64,000 nt of DNA from Tubiluchus corallicola. Lineage: Eukaryota; Animalia; Priapulida. Shown here one piece after another: positions 39,042-64,000 of this stretch. Below the pieces are notes generated by a model. That model did not search any database, was not told the DNA's origin, and saw nothing but the letters and a program-made list of their open reading frames with translations. A program made the position numbers and the translations under genes. Every line of letters starts with the position of its first letter. The stretch's first letter is position 1. The stretch lies in assembly GCA_030141605.1 (NCBI GenBank), contig JAQGDQ010000997.1, positions 7,541 through 71,540 on the forward strand, in the 5' to 3' direction.

Positions 39042-41194
39042 TAGTGTGAAATTAGCGATAATTATGCTGTTTCCATCCAAACGCATTGAAACATACCACA
39101 AATCTGCACGAAAGACACATTCAGGTTAGGCGTCAATGAATGTTCATGTGACAGATGCACTGCAAATATGATGTCGTAATAACACTTCATATCGTTTTTC
39201 ATATCGACCATTAACATGTGGAACAACTTACCACAGAACATTCGTGAAATTACATCCATTTCACAATTCAAACAAGAGCTCAAATCTCATTTAAGTTTTT
39301 CGTTGCGTAAGAAACATTTTTCATTTGGTAAACCTCCAATATCAGTGCATCATACGCGCATGAGAATCGGATTTTCTCAGCTAAACTATGACCTTTTCTC
39401 TAAAGGCTGTAAAGATAATAACGGTCATCCAATATTGCCGAATTGTAACTGTGGATTTCGATTCGAGTCTGTTGAACACTTTTTGTTGCACTGCCCATTG
39501 TATCAACAAACTAGGGTTGTTATGTTTGATAAACTAAATGAAATGCTTCTGCCTGAAAACCTTAATATAGCTGCCTTAGGAAATAATGATCTGTTGAAGT
39601 TGTTATTATTCGGAAAAGATGAATTTAACTATGTTGCTAACTGTAAAATATTCCAATGTATACATGACTGTATATTACGTACTAAATGCTTCCAGTAGTT
39701 TCTATCTGATATGAAATGCATCAGTCTTAAATGCATAGTCTCTAATGCATCAGTCTTAAATAATCGTACATTAATATTTTCTAACCGTCATTTTCTACTA
39801 ATGACTAATGTAATCTTGTAGTAAAACTCGTCAGCTTGTGTAGTTATAGTCAATTCTTACTGTAAATGTTACTAATATCTAATGTAATCTTGTAGTTTAA
39901 CTTGTCAGCTTGTGTGGGTATAGTCAATTCTTACTGTAAATGTTATTAATGTCTAATGTATTCTTGTAGTAAAACTTGTCAGCTTGTGTAGTTATAGTCT
40001 ATTCTTACTGTAAATGTTACTAATGTCTAATGTAATCTTGTAGTAAAACTTATCAGCTTGTGCAGTTATAGTCTATTCTTACTGTAAATGTTATTAATGT
40101 CTAATGTATTCTTGTAGTAAAACTTGTCAGCTTGTGTAGTTATAGTCAATTCTTACTGTAAATGTTATTAATGTCTAATGTATTCTTGTAGTAAAACTTG
40201 TCAGCTTGTGTAGTTATAGTCTAGTCTTACCGTAAATGTTTTGTAAATAGTGTATAAAGTCTGTTGTGGTGAGGATCCTAAATCATGTTGTTCAAACTGT
40301 CTGATCCAATCCTATCATAAATTATGTTTAAACTAATAACACATCAGATAATCTATCTTTCCACACACGTTTTTATAAATTTTACACTTAGACAAAATAA
40401 TACGTACAACTCATACGCAAAGCTTACGATAAGAACTAGATAACTTGACAATCTTTACATTTTACAAACAGAATATCACAAGTTTATACCACAGTTACTA
40501 AAGACATTTCTGACTTTTCAACTTTAGTAATGTCTTCTAAGAACACTACAAGACTTTTACAATCTTAAACAGAAGGTCAAAATAATCTACTCTTTAAAAT
40601 ATTGAAAGGAAACAAAATTTTTTCGAAACTGACTTACGTGGAAGAATTATTACCACACAAACACAATTTCACGTTCGCGCCACTAGTTCTTCGCTGTTAC
40701 ATGCATTTCGCCATTCGCTAGTTAGACGGACACCAGCGCCTGGATATCGGAAACGCATTGCATAAAAACAGGTGCTGTACCTCTCAGTTCAGATGTGTTA
40801 GTTTCTCACGAACTGCACACGTTCGACAGCTCATGCGTGAGCACAGGCGTAAATTTAGAATTTGAATTTTTATCTTAAAACTTGCCTAGTTTTAGTACAA
40901 CACACTGAATAGCTTACAGTAGCACTGTACTTCAATTTTCTCTTTTGCAAACACGTGCACCACGCTCGTGGAATATTCTTGCTATTGAAAATTGTGTTAG
41001 TTTGTGATGTCATCAATAGTTGGGCTCGCCAGCCGTTAACTATATTTTTAATCTACTATTTAATTATCAGAAACGCTTTTGCAGTATTAGCTGTGTTAAA
41101 ACGTATACTTTTACCGTACTTGAAAATGTGCTAGGATATAAAAAAATCATCCTGTCTTCCTTTAAGAAGTAAGTTAGTTAGAAGTGTTCTTCTT

Positions 41195-63001
<21,807 letters not shown>

Positions 63002-63301
63002 CTAGAATGTGTAAAAATTCTGCTCACAGCACCAATTACAAAACGACAACTTAACAAGAGAAATATGTGATTGTTAGCCATGTCTCGTCTATTACATTTC
63101 ATGTGGAATATTTTTGAATGTTTTTCACTTCACTTAACTAGCAGTTTGTATATTTAATATTCCAGTCTATCGTGGACCGTTGCAAATGTAAAACTGAGTT
63201 TAAACACTTTGAAGCCGCATTCATAGGTAGTTTTGACCTTGCATGGCACACGTGATCTTAAACGTGTACCTGAACCTATTTAAGATGTTATGAATATCGT
63301 A

Positions 63302-63856
63302 GGGGAGGCCCGGGTAAAGTGGTTTCCCCACTTAAGGGTTTTCGCTCATAGAGTTCAAGACGTTTGATCTGTAACAATCAATTACATGTCCTATTCTTCC
63401 GTAGGAAACTCTGCTATATTCGTGTGGTAAAAACTTATAATTACTATTACTCGTTTAACAGATAATTCCGAAATACCAAACCAAAATTTCTAGGGCAAAG
63501 TGGATCTTTTACGGGCATAGTGGATCATACCGGAACATAACTAACAATATCTTTTAAATCGATTTTGTCTATTTTGCAAAAATAAATTGATATGAAGCAT
63601 CCATCATATGTAAAAACGGTTGCAAATAAATCTGCACTAAGTGGAATTTATCATCATGATCTACAAAAGTGAAAAATCACAAAAAAATGGGTGAAAAACT
63701 TAGGCAAACTTTGCAAAGGTCAAGGTCGTTTATGCAGAGTACACAGTAGATGATGACGTAACATCACACAGTGCGTAGACTGCGACGCCTTACGGAAAAA
63801 AGAGCAAACACATTTGATCCGCTTTTCCCAGTGATCCACTTTACCCGGGTCTCCCC
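63302..63856. mobile_element. MITE with 21-bp TIRs and TA TSD (Tc1/mariner-pogo-like)
   Basis: ta|ggggaggcccgggtaaagtgg ... ccactttacccgggtctcccc|ta. Confidence 0.85.
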
Positions 63857-64000
63857 TATGTTATAAAAGCTTCTGCCAAACTAAAGATGTGTAGATACTG
63901 TATCTTAGAGCTGACAGAACATTACACCCCGTTAGATGGTTTATTAATAGATTACTTTAGATCAATGTTTATGCTCATGTAAATTATTATTGTTTGTTTG

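Overview
AT-rich, intron-rich animal genomic DNA; the 5S-derived sequence looks lophotrochozoan (annelid/mollusc), which is an inference. The window is dominated by a giant inverted duplication: 1..26673 is the near-perfect reverse complement of 29765..56470, around a unique 3.1-kb spacer (26674..29764), and the left arm runs off the window edge. Each arm carries the 3' half of a spliced TRPM cation-channel gene, so two near-identical copies face each other tail-to-tail. The + copy has 8 exons (1221..15266). The - copy has 15 exons in the window (63001..41195), all GT-AG and phase-consistent, giving 759 aa that end after the coiled coil with no NUDT9-H or kinase domain. One intron of the - copy is an 11-copy, 113-bp array built from the gene's own exon end, donor and intron, which creates up to ten potential 31-nt frameshifting microexons. 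The rest is TE and simple-repeat material: LINE 3' fragments with a 74-bp VNTR, 5S-derived SINEs, solo LTRs with TSDs, TTAA- and TA-flanked MITEs, and mini/microsatellites. Most long ORFs in the ORF track are repeat artefacts. Coordinates and alignments were read by eye; repeat boundaries are approximate.
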